This document shows, piece by piece, positions 8,380 to 17,430 of a stretch of DNA of 47,315 nucleotides (the first letter of the stretch is position 1; each line of letters opens with the position of its first letter). The stretch comes from Bacillota bacterium (GTDB taxonomy: Bacteria > Bacillota > Dethiobacteria > DTU022), in contig JBNJHL010000003.1 of NCBI GenBank assembly GCA_051748445.1, positions 1 to 47,315 of the forward strand, given 5' to 3'. Made by a program: the position numbers and the translations under genes. The notes under the pieces are model-generated. The model saw nothing but the letters and a program-made list of their open reading frames with translations, ran no database searches and was not told where the DNA came from.

Positions 8380-10197
8380 TTGTATGAAAAACACCTCATG
8401 ATCTGTGGAGCTACCGGTTGTCTTTCATCGGGTTCAAATGCCGTGGAAGAAGCCCTGGTAGAAGAACTTGAGAAGCACGGGATTAGAGATAAATACCGCC
8501 TGGTTATGGGTGGTTGTCCTGGTTTTTGTGAAGTTGGCCCGATTATCGTGGTTTATCCAGATGAAGTATTTTACTGCCGTCTCAAGCCTAAAGATATGGC
8601 TGAACTGGTGGAAAAACACCTGGTAGGTGGTGAAATTGTCGAGCGTTTACTCTATAAAGGGCCTGATGTGGATGTCCCTGCCCGCTTCTATGATACTATT
8701 CCTTTCTATGCCAAACAAAGATTTAATGTTTTAAGAAACAGCGGCATCGTTGATCCCGAAAGCATTGACCAATATATTATGCGCGGTGGTTATCGCGCAC
8801 TTACACGGGCTTTGACTCTCGATCCTTCTGCAGTATGCGAAGAGGTCAAACAGGCTGGTTTGCGCGGTCGCGGTGGAGCCGGGTTTTCTACCGGCCTAAA
8901 GTGGGAATTTACCAACAAAGCTTCAGGAGATAAAAAATATGTTGTCTGTAACGCAGACGAAGGTGACCCCGGGGCCTTCATGGACCGCAGTATCCTGGAA
9001 GGCGATCCTCATGCTATCCTGGAAGGCATGCTGATCTGTGGACATGCTGTTGGCGCCAGCGAGGGTTATATTTATTGTCGTGCGGAATATCCTCTGGCTA
9101 TTAAAAGATTGAAGATAGCGATTGAACAGGCTGAAGAATACGGCCTGCTTGGTAATAATATACTTGGGTTTGGCTACAATTTTAAATTGCACATTAAAGA
9201 AGGGGCCGGTGCTTTTGTCTGTGGTGAAGAGACTGCACTCCTGGCTTCCATTGAAGGAAAAAGAGGAATGCCCCGTCCTCGGCCTCCGTTTCCGGCCCAA
9301 TCAGGTCTTTTTGGCAAGCCAACAACCATAAATAACGTGGAGACCCTGGCCAATATCCCACTGATTTTGAAAGAAGGGGGCGCTGCCGAATTTGCTAAAA
9401 TAGGAACGGAAGGCAGTAAAGGAACCAAGGTTTTTGCCCTGGCCGGGAAAATCCGTAACACGGGCTTATGTGAAGTGCCAATGGGTATAACTATCCGGGA
9501 AATAATTTACGATGTCGGAGGAGGCATAAAAGGTGGCCGAGATTTTAAGGCGGTCCAGGCTGGTGGCCCTTCGGGCGGATGTATTCCTGCCGAACAAATT
9601 GATTTGCCAATTGATTATGATTCATTAAACAAAGCAGGCGCTATTATGGGTTCAGGCGGGCTGGTAGTGATGGACGAAAGAACCTGCATGGTTGATTTGG
9701 CCCGTTACTTTTTAAGTTTTACCCAGAAAGAATCCTGCGGAAAATGCACTCCCTGTCGAGAAGGGACCAAGCGGATGCTGGAGATATTAAACCGGATTTG
9801 TGAAGGGCAGGGAACACCCAGCGACCTGGATACCCTGGACAGCCTGGCTTCCAGTATCAAAGACAGTTCGCTTTGCGGCCTTGGACAGACTTGTCCCAAT
9901 CCGGTTTTAAGTACCATTCGTTATTTCAAAAACGAGTATGAGGAGCATATCAATGAACATTACTGCCGGGCCGGAATATGCAAGGAACTGTTTAATTACT
10001 GGATTGATCAGGAAAAATGTACCGGCTGTACTGCCTGTGCGAGGGCCTGCCCGGTCGATGCCATAGTAGGCGAAAAGAAAAAACCGCATGAAATCATTCA
10101 GGAAAACTGTACCCGTTGTGGCAGCTGTATAGATAAATGTCCCCAGGACTGTATCCTGATTACCCGTGTTGGGAGGGAAGCAGATGTCAGCAATTAA
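8380..10197 (+). CDS. NuoF/HydB-like NAD(P)H-binding FMN/Fe-S subunit with an N-terminal thioredoxin-like 2Fe-2S domain and C-terminal 2x[4Fe-4S]
   Basis: GRGGAGFSTG, ADEGDPGAF, ESCGKCTPCREG, then two CxxCxxCxxxCP motifs. In-frame TTG 8380 lies 9 nt after GGGAGG (track ORF starts at 8356). Confidence 0.85.
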   Translation: MYEKHLMICGATGCLSSGSNAVEEALVEELEKHGIRDKYRLVMGGCPGFCEVGPIIVVYPDEVFYCRLKPKDMAELVEKHLVGGEIVERLLYKGPDVDVPARFYDTIPFYAKQRFNVLRNSGIVDPESIDQYIMRGGYRALTRALTLDPSAVCEEVKQAGLRGRGGAGFSTGLKWEFTNKASGDKKYVVCNADEGDPGAFMDRSILEGDPHAILEGMLICGHAVGASEGYIYCRAEYPLAIKRLKIAIEQAEEYGLLGNNILGFGYNFKLHIKEGAGAFVCGEETALLASIEGKRGMPRPRPPFPAQSGLFGKPTTINNVETLANIPLILKEGGAAEFAKIGTEGSKGTKVFALAGKIRNTGLCEVPMGITIREIIYDVGGGIKGGRDFKAVQAGGPSGGCIPAEQIDLPIDYDSLNKAGAIMGSGGLVVMDERTCMVDLARYFLSFTQKESCGKCTPCREGTKRMLEILNRICEGQGTPSDLDTLDSLASSIKDSSLCGLGQTCPNPVLSTIRYFKNEYEEHINEHYCRAGICKELFNYWIDQEKCTGCTACARACPVDAIVGEKKKPHEIIQENCTRCGSCIDKCPQDCILITRVGREADVSN

Positions 10198-12634
10198 TTT
10201 GACTATTAATGGAACAGAGATTGAAGTAGCACCGGGAACAACTATTCTTGAAGCAGCACGGCAACTGGGGATTGACATACCTACTTTTTGCTACGATGCG
10301 GAACTGTCCCCGAATGGAGCCTGCCGGATTTGTTTGGTTGAAGTGGAAAAAGCCCGGACCCTAGTTGCTTCCTGTGTGGCTCCGGTTGCCCCGGGAATGG
10401 TTGTTCACACCGAATCTGAAAGGGTTGTCAGCGCCCGCAAGACTGTTTTAACCTTGATGGTAGCAAACCACCCTCTCGACTGTATTACCTGTCAAAAGAC
10501 CGGTGAATGTAAGCTGCAGGACTATTGTTACCGTTATGGTGTTTCCGACAGTGATTTTGGGGGAGAAGTAAAAGAACTGCCCTATGATGATACAAATGCC
10601 TTTTTTATCCGTGATATGAATAAGTGCATTTTATGCGGTGTATGTGTTGGGAAGTGTCAGGACGTTGTCGGTGCCGGAGCTATTGACTTTACCAAACGTG
10701 GATTTGTTTCTAATGTAGGTCCGGCTTACGAGGACAGGATCGAAGATTCCACTTGTGTTTTCTGTGGTTTATGCATCGACAGTTGCCCCGTTGGAGCTCT
10801 TACTCCAAAATACATGCTGGGCAGGGGACGCCCCTGGGAAGTTGATAAAATTGAGACAATCTGTCCTTATTGCAGTATAGGCTGCAATATCAACCTTCAT
10901 GTAAAAGATAACGAAGTGATCGAGGTTACATCGGTGGAAAACAGCCCGGTTAACCGCGGACATCTTTGTGTCAAGGGTAAGTTTGGTTGGGATTACTTGA
11001 AAAGTGGTGATCGCCTGACCAGCCCTCTTATTAAATCAAACGGTGTTTTTGTCGAAGTTAGCTGGGGCGAGGCTCTTGGTTATATTACCAATCAAATAGA
11101 AGAAATAATTGACCGCTATGGTAGCGAAGCCCTGATGGGACTGTGTTCCCCTAAATCCACCAATGAAGAAAGTTACCTTTTCCAGAAGCTGATCCGCTCG
11201 CTGGGAAGTAACAATGTAGACAGCTATACAAGGCATTGTCATGCTCCCGCTATTGATGGCATGATGGTAGCTTTCGGCAGCGCTGCTTTGACCAACAGTA
11301 TAGAAGAACTGGCCTCCACCGATGCGGTGTTTGTTATAGCCGCCGATCCTGTCGAAAGCCACCCCATAATCGGCTATCGGATCAGGGAAGCGGTTCGTAA
11401 GGGGGCCGATCTGATTGTTGCCGATCCTGAATTAATCGGCTTAACCGATCTTGCCGAGCATTACCTGCATTTAAAAGCAGGCAGTGAGATAACCCTGGTT
11501 AATGCCATGGCTAAAGTTATTCTTGAGGAAAGTTTGCAGGATCAGGCATTTATAGACAAGCGAACAGAAGGCTTTGTTCAGTTTAAACAATCGCTGGCAG
11601 AATATACTCCTCAGGCAGTTGCTGAGAAGACAGGGTTAAGTGAAGGTGAGATACGAAAGGCAGCCAGGGCTTTTGCGGCAGCAGAAAAAGCTGCAATAGT
11701 TTCCACCGTCGGGATGGAACATGCCGCCGGTCATGAAAAGCTTGTTCTGGCCCTGGCAAACCTGGCCCTGCTTACAGGCAATCTTGGGAAAGAGTCAGCC
11801 GGATTATACCTGCCTTATGGCGAAAACAATCTGCAGGGGGTTTCTGACATGGGCGCATTACCTGCAGTTCTGACCGGGTATCAACATTTGAAGGAAAAGG
11901 CAGTAAGAGAGAAATTTAACCGGGCCTGGGGAATTGAAATTGGTCAACAACCCGGCATCTCGGCGGCAGATGTTTTTGAGGGAAATAAAAAGGACCAAAT
12001 CAAAGCCATGCTGATCCTGGATGAAAATCCGGTTTCCTGCCTTGGTGGCGATGATTCGGATGCAGCAGCTATTTTGAAAAACCTCGATTTCCTGGTTGTT
12101 CAGGACATTTTTATGACCGAAACTGCTTCACTTGCTGACGTGGTCCTGCCTGCCGCAGCTTTTGCCGAACAGCAGGGCACATATACCAATACAGAAAGAA
12201 GAGTTCAGTTGAGCTATCCTGCTGTTACAGTTCCCGGTAATGCATATCCTGGCTGGGCGATAATTGCCGAATTGGCCGGCTGGCTTGGTCTGGAATGGGA
12301 CTACAATGATCCCGGAGAAGTTTTTGCTGAAATGTCGGCGCTTACTCCGCAGTATGCCGGTATTTCCTATGAACGGCTTATTGAAGATGGCAGCTTGCAA
12401 TGGCCCTGTCCTTCAGGTAATCACCCCGGTACTCTTTACCTGTATGAAGGACGGTTTGGTCGTGGTCTCGGGCTGTTTTCAGCAGTGAAAGATGAAGCCG
12501 CTCCTGAACATAAGAAAAAACTGCCTGTAACGGGAGCCCTTTATCATCACGCCTGCCAGTGTCAGAGTGTTAATATGAGTAAACGTTCAGTAATCAGCAA
12601 TTTTGTTAAAACTAACCGGGGCGATCAGGGTTGA
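10184..12634 (+). CDS. fdhA: Formate dehydrogenase alpha subunit (Mo/W-bisPGD, NuoG-like Fe-S N-terminus), Cys-type, apparently lacking the C-terminal cap (molybdopterin dinucleotide-binding) domain
   Basis: ATG 10184 after GGGAGGG. 2Fe-2S and several 4Fe-4S motifs, CPYCSIGC, and active-site TRHCHAP (Cys where FdhF has Sec). Homology runs to ...TGALYHH...MSKRS..., then the frame stops about 100-120 aa short of FdhF-type enzymes. Confidence 0.75.
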   Translation: MSAINLTINGTEIEVAPGTTILEAARQLGIDIPTFCYDAELSPNGACRICLVEVEKARTLVASCVAPVAPGMVVHTESERVVSARKTVLTLMVANHPLDCITCQKTGECKLQDYCYRYGVSDSDFGGEVKELPYDDTNAFFIRDMNKCILCGVCVGKCQDVVGAGAIDFTKRGFVSNVGPAYEDRIEDSTCVFCGLCIDSCPVGALTPKYMLGRGRPWEVDKIETICPYCSIGCNINLHVKDNEVIEVTSVENSPVNRGHLCVKGKFGWDYLKSGDRLTSPLIKSNGVFVEVSWGEALGYITNQIEEIIDRYGSEALMGLCSPKSTNEESYLFQKLIRSLGSNNVDSYTRHCHAPAIDGMMVAFGSAALTNSIEELASTDAVFVIAADPVESHPIIGYRIREAVRKGADLIVADPELIGLTDLAEHYLHLKAGSEITLVNAMAKVILEESLQDQAFIDKRTEGFVQFKQSLAEYTPQAVAEKTGLSEGEIRKAARAFAAAEKAAIVSTVGMEHAAGHEKLVLALANLALLTGNLGKESAGLYLPYGENNLQGVSDMGALPAVLTGYQHLKEKAVREKFNRAWGIEIGQQPGISAADVFEGNKKDQIKAMLILDENPVSCLGGDDSDAAAILKNLDFLVVQDIFMTETASLADVVLPAAAFAEQQGTYTNTERRVQLSYPAVTVPGNAYPGWAIIAELAGWLGLEWDYNDPGEVFAEMSALTPQYAGISYERLIEDGSLQWPCPSGNHPGTLYLYEGRFGRGLGLFSAVKDEAAPEHKKKLPVTGALYHHACQCQSVNMSKRSVISNFVKTNRGDQG

Positions 12635-13983
12635 CGCAGTTAACTTTTCCCGATCATTTTACCTGGGGAGCGGCAACTTCGTCCTACCAGATTGAAGGAG
12701 CCCCTGATGCTGATGGTAAAGGGGAATCTATCTGGGATCGTTTTACTCATACTCCTGGTAATATTTGGAATGGAGAAAATGGCGACCGGGCCTGCGACCA
12801 TTACCATCTTTATCATGATGATGTCTGTTTAATGGCAGATTTCGGTTTGCAGTCCTACCGTTTTTCCATTTCTTGGCCGCGAGTTTTCCCGGAGGGTGGC
12901 GGAAAGCCCAACCGGAAAGGCATGGATTTTTACCGCCGGCTGGTTGATCGGCTGAACCAGCATGGTATTAAACCGGCTGTAACCCTGTATCACTGGGATT
13001 TGCCCCAGGCTTTACAGGAGAAAGGCGGCTGGGCCAACCGGGATACGGCACGCTATTTTGAGCAGTATGCCGCTTTTATTTTTGAAAATCTTGATCTGCC
13101 GGTAGATCTCTGGATAACTCTCAATGAGCCCTGGGTTTCTGCTTTTCTCGGCCATGCCCTTGGGGTTCATGCCCCGGGAGAAAATGATTTTAGTGAAGCG
13201 CTGCAGGTTTCACACAACCTGCTGCTTGCGCACGGTTTTGCTGTTCATTCTTTTCGTAGCATTGGTCGTGAGAACGAGCAGATCGGGATAGCCCTGAATC
13301 TGGCTCCTGTGCATCCGGCTTCCGACAGTGATGCTGATAAGAATCAGGCCCGGCGTACTGATGGCTTTATGAACCGCTGGTTCCTGGACCCTATTTTTAA
13401 AGGGGTTTATCCCCGGGATATGGTAGAAATTTTTTCCCGCTCCTTTGAAATGCCTGTTATTACAGAAGAAGATGATGCTATCATATCAGCCCCCCTTGAT
13501 TTTCTTGGTGTCAACAATTACACCAGAACCATCATTCGGGCCGGCAGTTCTGAAGATGATTTTATGGGCAGCCCGGAAAACCCGCCTGATGCGGAATATA
13601 CCGAAATGGGCTGGGAGGTTTACCCGCAGGGGATTTATGAGCTGCTTATCCGTCTGCACAATGACTATCAGCCGCCGAAACTTTATATTACTGAAAATGG
13701 AGCTGCTTTTGCTGATGAAGTTAATAATGCCGGGGAGGTCCGTGATTTGAAGCGGATTTCCTACCTGCAATCTTATATTACGGAAGCCTGGAATGCCCTG
13801 CAGGATGGAGTGCCGTTGGAGGGCTATTACGCCTGGTCACTACTGGATAATTTTGAATGGAGTTTTGGTTACAGCAAGAGATTTGGCTTGATTTATGTTG
13901 ATTTTCCAAGCCTGCAGCGTATACCGAAGAGAAGTGCTTATTGGTACAGGGATTTGATCAGCCGGAATGGTTTGGAGGTTTAA
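12631..13983 (+). CDS. bglA: GH1 beta-glucosidase (intact)
   Basis: FTWGAATSSYQIEG, acid/base TLNEPW, nucleophile YITENGAA, full 450 aa. The TTG start overlaps the fdhA stop (TTGA). Confidence 0.9.
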   Translation: MTQLTFPDHFTWGAATSSYQIEGAPDADGKGESIWDRFTHTPGNIWNGENGDRACDHYHLYHDDVCLMADFGLQSYRFSISWPRVFPEGGGKPNRKGMDFYRRLVDRLNQHGIKPAVTLYHWDLPQALQEKGGWANRDTARYFEQYAAFIFENLDLPVDLWITLNEPWVSAFLGHALGVHAPGENDFSEALQVSHNLLLAHGFAVHSFRSIGRENEQIGIALNLAPVHPASDSDADKNQARRTDGFMNRWFLDPIFKGVYPRDMVEIFSRSFEMPVITEEDDAIISAPLDFLGVNNYTRTIIRAGSSEDDFMGSPENPPDAEYTEMGWEVYPQGIYELLIRLHNDYQPPKLYITENGAAFADEVNNAGEVRDLKRISYLQSYITEAWNALQDGVPLEGYYAWSLLDNFEWSFGYSKRFGLIYVDFPSLQRIPKRSAYWYRDLISRNGLEV

Positions 13984-13984
13984 G

Positions 13985-14785
13985 GTGAGCCGGGATAAAT
14001 ATATTATGCACAAGATTACCAGGGTTCGTAGCGGTGAAGAATACCTGGTTGAAGAGCTTGAGGACCGCGTAACAGTTGAAACGCCGATAACCATCTATGT
14101 TAACGGCAGTGAGCTGGTAACTTTATTATGCACACCGGAAAAAATTGACCGCCTTGCGCTTGGCTTCCTGCGTTCAGAGGGGATCCTGACTGCTGCGGAT
14201 CAGCTTGAATCAATAAGGGTAGAAGACGAAGAAGGACTGGTAGAAGTTGAATTAAAAGAAAAGTCGGGGCTGGCTGAAAAACTTTATGGAAAAAGGACAG
14301 TGACATCAGGCTGTGGTAAGGGAACAGTTTTTTTTAATGTTCTTGACTCTCTGCGCAGTAAGCCTTTATCGGGTAAAATGGAAGTACGGGCGGAACGGGT
14401 TTTGCAATTAATGGAAAACCTTCAGCAAAAAGCCCAGCTTTTTAAAGAAACCGGGGGAGTCCACAGTGCTGCGCTGGCAGACGATGAAAAGATTCTTTAT
14501 TTTTATGAGGATATCGGACGACATAATGCCATTGATAAAATAGTCGGTGAATGTTTTTTAGAGGGAGTCAATACAGATGATAAAATCATAGTTACCAGCG
14601 GCCGCTTAAGCTCTGAAATCTTATTAAAAGTAGCAAAACTGCAGGTGCAGCTTATAATCTCCAGGGCGGCGCCCACTTCACTTTGCATAGAACTGGCTGA
14701 TAACCTCAATATTACACTGGTCGGTTTTGTCAGGGGTAAGCGGTTAAATATTTACAGTCACGGATGGCGCATCAATTACAAATAA
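13985..14785 (+). CDS. fdhD: Formate dehydrogenase accessory sulfurtransferase FdhD
   Basis: FdhD family (SGCGKG, GGVHSAAL, GRHNAIDK). GTG 13985 lies 6 nt after GGAGG (13974-13978), which sits within the last codons of bglA. Confidence 0.85.
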   Translation: MSRDKYIMHKITRVRSGEEYLVEELEDRVTVETPITIYVNGSELVTLLCTPEKIDRLALGFLRSEGILTAADQLESIRVEDEEGLVEVELKEKSGLAEKLYGKRTVTSGCGKGTVFFNVLDSLRSKPLSGKMEVRAERVLQLMENLQQKAQLFKETGGVHSAALADDEKILYFYEDIGRHNAIDKIVGECFLEGVNTDDKIIVTSGRLSSEILLKVAKLQVQLIISRAAPTSLCIELADNLNITLVGFVRGKRLNIYSHGWRINYK

Positions 14786-14810
14786 GCTTAAAGAATAAAA
14801 CCCCGGCTAA

Positions 14811-15701
14811 TCAGCACTGATCTGCTGAAGCTACCTTTTTTTTGAGAGCTTCCTTATCTTTTTTCAGACCTTTATCAACATAGAGCTTTCTGGCATAGAC
14901 GTTAACTTCATCAAGATAAAACCCGGTCTGGTATTCAATTTGTTCTTTAATAATATGCTGCACTTCCCTCAGCATGGCATCTATTCTCATACCCCTGATA
15001 GAAGAAAGATCTATGGTTAAATCTATGTTTAATACTACTTTAGTCTTGCTGTTTTTAAGATCAGTTTGGATTACTTTGTGGATGCCCGGAACTTCACGGA
15101 CCAGGTGATTAGCCAGGTCAGTTATAACATGTTCGGCTATATAAAAGCTGCCGAGCGTGCTGAAAACGGGTCGAACCACGGAACGCTCTACAGGGACACC
15201 CTCTGGCTTGGATGTTGGAAAACTGAAAAATGAGCGCAGCGGGTCCATGATATAGCCGGGAAATTCTTTTTTGATAGCAAAAGTGGGCAGAGGTATAACG
15301 TGACGGTTTTCCTTGGCTCGAATGGTCAAGGCCGTCTTTATGGCTTCTGGATTGGATACTTCTTCAATTGTAAAGAAATATGTGGGGGCCGGTAAATCCA
15401 GATTGTCTGCAATTACTTCAGTCATTCGCCTGGAGGTGCCAATTATTAATACTTTTTCCGGTTTGATTTCTTTTATTTTTTCCTTGACCTGTGCAGCATG
15501 TTCCGGATCTTTAAAAAGTGCTCTTTTTATGGCACCGTAGCGAGTATTTTCTCTTTTGGCCGAACGCCCGGCCAGGTTAAGATTGCCTTTAATAAAAAGC
15601 CCATCGTCAATAATATAATCTATGCCGTACTGCCTGGCAGTGATTGGCGCCTGATGACTTTTTCCTGTTCCACTGTGTCCGATCAGGGCATGTGTTTCCA
15701 T
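14811..15701 (-). CDS. Two-domain protein: HPr-kinase-like P-loop N-terminal domain plus Asp23/Gls24-like C-terminal domain
   Basis: N-terminus LIGHSGTGKSHQA...YIIDDGLFI resembles the HprK/P P-loop core (G.SG.GKS...DD). The C-terminal ~130 aa resemble Asp23 (alkaline shock) family proteins (IAEHVITDLANHLVREVPGIHKV...VNV). ATG 15701 follows GGAAGTGG. Confidence 0.7.
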   Translation of the reverse strand: METHALIGHSGTGKSHQAPITARQYGIDYIIDDGLFIKGNLNLAGRSAKRENTRYGAIKRALFKDPEHAAQVKEKIKEIKPEKVLIIGTSRRMTEVIADNLDLPAPTYFFTIEEVSNPEAIKTALTIRAKENRHVIPLPTFAIKKEFPGYIMDPLRSFFSFPTSKPEGVPVERSVVRPVFSTLGSFYIAEHVITDLANHLVREVPGIHKVIQTDLKNSKTKVVLNIDLTIDLSSIRGMRIDAMLREVQHIIKEQIEYQTGFYLDEVNVYARKLYVDKGLKKDKEALKKKVASADQC

Positions 15702-15770
15702 AAGTAGTACCACTTCCTGTTATTGAGCAAGAATTAGTCAGGCTTGCGTCTGTCGCTCAAACTGTTTATT

Positions 15771-15776
15771 ATTATA
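15771..15776 (-). promoter_or_regulatory. Candidate extended -10 (TGTTATAAT) for the P-loop/Asp23 gene
   Basis: The minus-strand TATAAT is the complement of 15771-15776 and is preceded by TGT. It lies about 70 nt upstream of ATG 15701. Confidence 0.35.
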
Positions 15777-15802
15777 ACATAGATTATCAAATCAGAAATC
15801 CG

Positions 15803-15999
15803 CCTGCTTGAATTTAAAGGTAATGCGGGACTGAACAGCCTGCATCGTTTAGTACTGCCAGTCTAGCTAATCAAAACTGATGCGGGCATAAAGCGCAGGC
15901 TTTCTATAACGGTATAAAAAAGTAAACCGGTCTTAAAGTTGAAGCTAAGCCGCTGCAGTCACAGCTTAAAAGATCAGCGAACGAAATTTTCCTTAGCAG
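15803..15999 (-). repeat. Structured intergenic element, copy 2 (paralog of 5613-5818); candidate ncRNA
   Basis: The reverse complement of 15937-16000 matches 5612-5675 at 48/64 ungapped, including the identical block TTCGCTGATC and TTAGCTTCAAC. The hairpin is conserved with a compensatory closing-pair change. The 3' boundary is ambiguous (GCAGG-type partner at 15803-15809 or 15838-15843). Confidence 0.55.
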
Positions 16000-16042
16000 A
16001 ATGGGTAGTTACAGCAATAATATCTAAACAGGAGATAATCTG

Positions 16043-17326
16043 ATGATCATAATAACTAATCCCCCGGAAAAGTTTTGCGGTGAAATTGCTGTTTCCGGCG
16101 ACAAGTCAATTACACATCGTGCCCTGATGATTGGAGCGATGGCCGGTGGAGTAACAGAAATCACCGGTTATCTTGATGCCGAAGATTGCCTTTCCACAAT
16201 GCGCTGCCTGCAGAAGTTGGGTACAAAAATTAACGCCCGGGGCAGTAAGCTTGTAATTGAAGGCAGGAACATGGTTTTTAAAGAGCCGGCGGAAACTTTA
16301 AATACCGGTAATTCAGGGACAACAACCCGCCTGTTAATGGGTATTTTATCCGGGCAATCTTTTAGTGCAACCCTGACTGGTGATCAATCACTGCAGAGGC
16401 GTCCGATGAAAAGAGTAGTTGAACCGCTTCGTTCCATGGGAGCTGTAATTGAAGGAGAGCGAGATGGTGATTCTCTGCCGCTAACCGTACAGGGTGGAGA
16501 TCTGAAAGCCGTTTATTATCATTCACCAAAAGCCAGCGCCCAGGTTAAATCGGCCGTTCTATTCGCAGGGCTCTATGCTGATGGTTTAACAACTGTAGAA
16601 GAACCTTACCCGAGCCGTAACCACAGTGAATTAATGTTGAAGTCATTCGATGCTGCAATTGAAAGCAGAGGCTGCAAGGTCAGCATTGAAGGACAACAGC
16701 AATTAAAAGGCTGCCAGGTGAAAGTGCCGGGAGATATTTCCGCCGCAGCTTTTTTCATGGTGGCTGCTGCAATAGTTCCGGAGAGTGATTTGCTTTTAAA
16801 GGACGTGGGTATTAATCCTACCCGCAGCGGTGTTATCGAAGTGCTTGCATCGATGGGAGCGGAGATTGAATTAATTAATAAAAGAACCTGGAGCTTAGAA
16901 CCGGTTGCCGATATCCGGGTTAGAGGTGGAAATAAGCTTAACGGGATTAGTATTGGTGGCAGCCTGGTTCCCCGCCTGATTGATGAAATACCGGTTTTAG
17001 CCGTAGCTGCCGCTTTAGCTGAAGGAGAAACTGATATTAGTGAGGCATCAGAGCTGAGAGTTAAGGAATCGGATCGTATCTCTGAACTAAGTTCACAATT
17101 ACAAAAACTCGGAGTTAACATAACCGAAAAAGACGACGGTATGATTATTAAAGGCGGTGCCCGGCTTAGAGGTGCAGAGGTAGACAGCTGCGGAGACCAT
17201 CGCATTGCCATGGCTCTGGCAGTTGCCGGGCTGGCTGCCAGCGGGGAGACTGTCGTGCATAATGCAGGTGTAATCAGTATCTCCTTTCCGGGTTTTATGC
17301 CGGCCATGCGTTCACTGATTGTTTAA
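16043..17326 (+). CDS. aroA: 3-phosphoshikimate 1-carboxyvinyltransferase (EPSP synthase)
   Basis: Full-length EPSPS (GDKSITHRALM, LNTGNSGTTTRLL, RVKESDR, DHRIAMA). SD GGAGA, ATG 16043. Confidence 0.92.
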   Translation: MIIITNPPEKFCGEIAVSGDKSITHRALMIGAMAGGVTEITGYLDAEDCLSTMRCLQKLGTKINARGSKLVIEGRNMVFKEPAETLNTGNSGTTTRLLMGILSGQSFSATLTGDQSLQRRPMKRVVEPLRSMGAVIEGERDGDSLPLTVQGGDLKAVYYHSPKASAQVKSAVLFAGLYADGLTTVEEPYPSRNHSELMLKSFDAAIESRGCKVSIEGQQQLKGCQVKVPGDISAAAFFMVAAAIVPESDLLLKDVGINPTRSGVIEVLASMGAEIELINKRTWSLEPVADIRVRGGNKLNGISIGGSLVPRLIDEIPVLAVAAALAEGETDISEASELRVKESDRISELSSQLQKLGVNITEKDDGMIIKGGARLRGAEVDSCGDHRIAMALAVAGLAASGETVVHNAGVISISFPGFMPAMRSLIV

Positions 17327-17337
17327 AAACCCTTTAA

Positions 17338-17366
17338 TTGACGCTTAGCGCTTCTTATGCTAACAT
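17338..17366 (+). promoter_or_regulatory. Candidate sigma-A promoter for the his genes
   Basis: TTGACG (17338-17343), 17-nt spacer, TG-extended TAACAT (17361-17366). Confidence 0.45.
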
Positions 17367-17430
17367 ATGGTTGTTCTTTCCAATTGCCCCCGCTCGCCGG
17401 GGTACTGTGCGGCAGATTAGGAGATGTCCA

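Noticed and set aside
10184-12634. Selenocysteine (in-frame TGA plus SECIS) in fdhA
   Set aside because: The position equivalent to Sec140 of E. coli FdhF reads TRHCHAP, with a TGC/TGT Cys codon. The only TGA is the terminal stop.
16606-17307. 233-aa antisense ORF inside aroA (and similar antisense or out-of-frame track ORFs, e.g. 8923-9300, 9907-10278, 24418-24812, 26624-27076, 32833-33246, 42561-42899, 43847-44173)
   Set aside because: These lie entirely within well-supported genes on the opposite strand or in another frame, and lack SD sites. Their sequences are low-complexity (Ser/Pro/Ala/Arg-rich) or otherwise not protein-like, typical of shadow ORFs.
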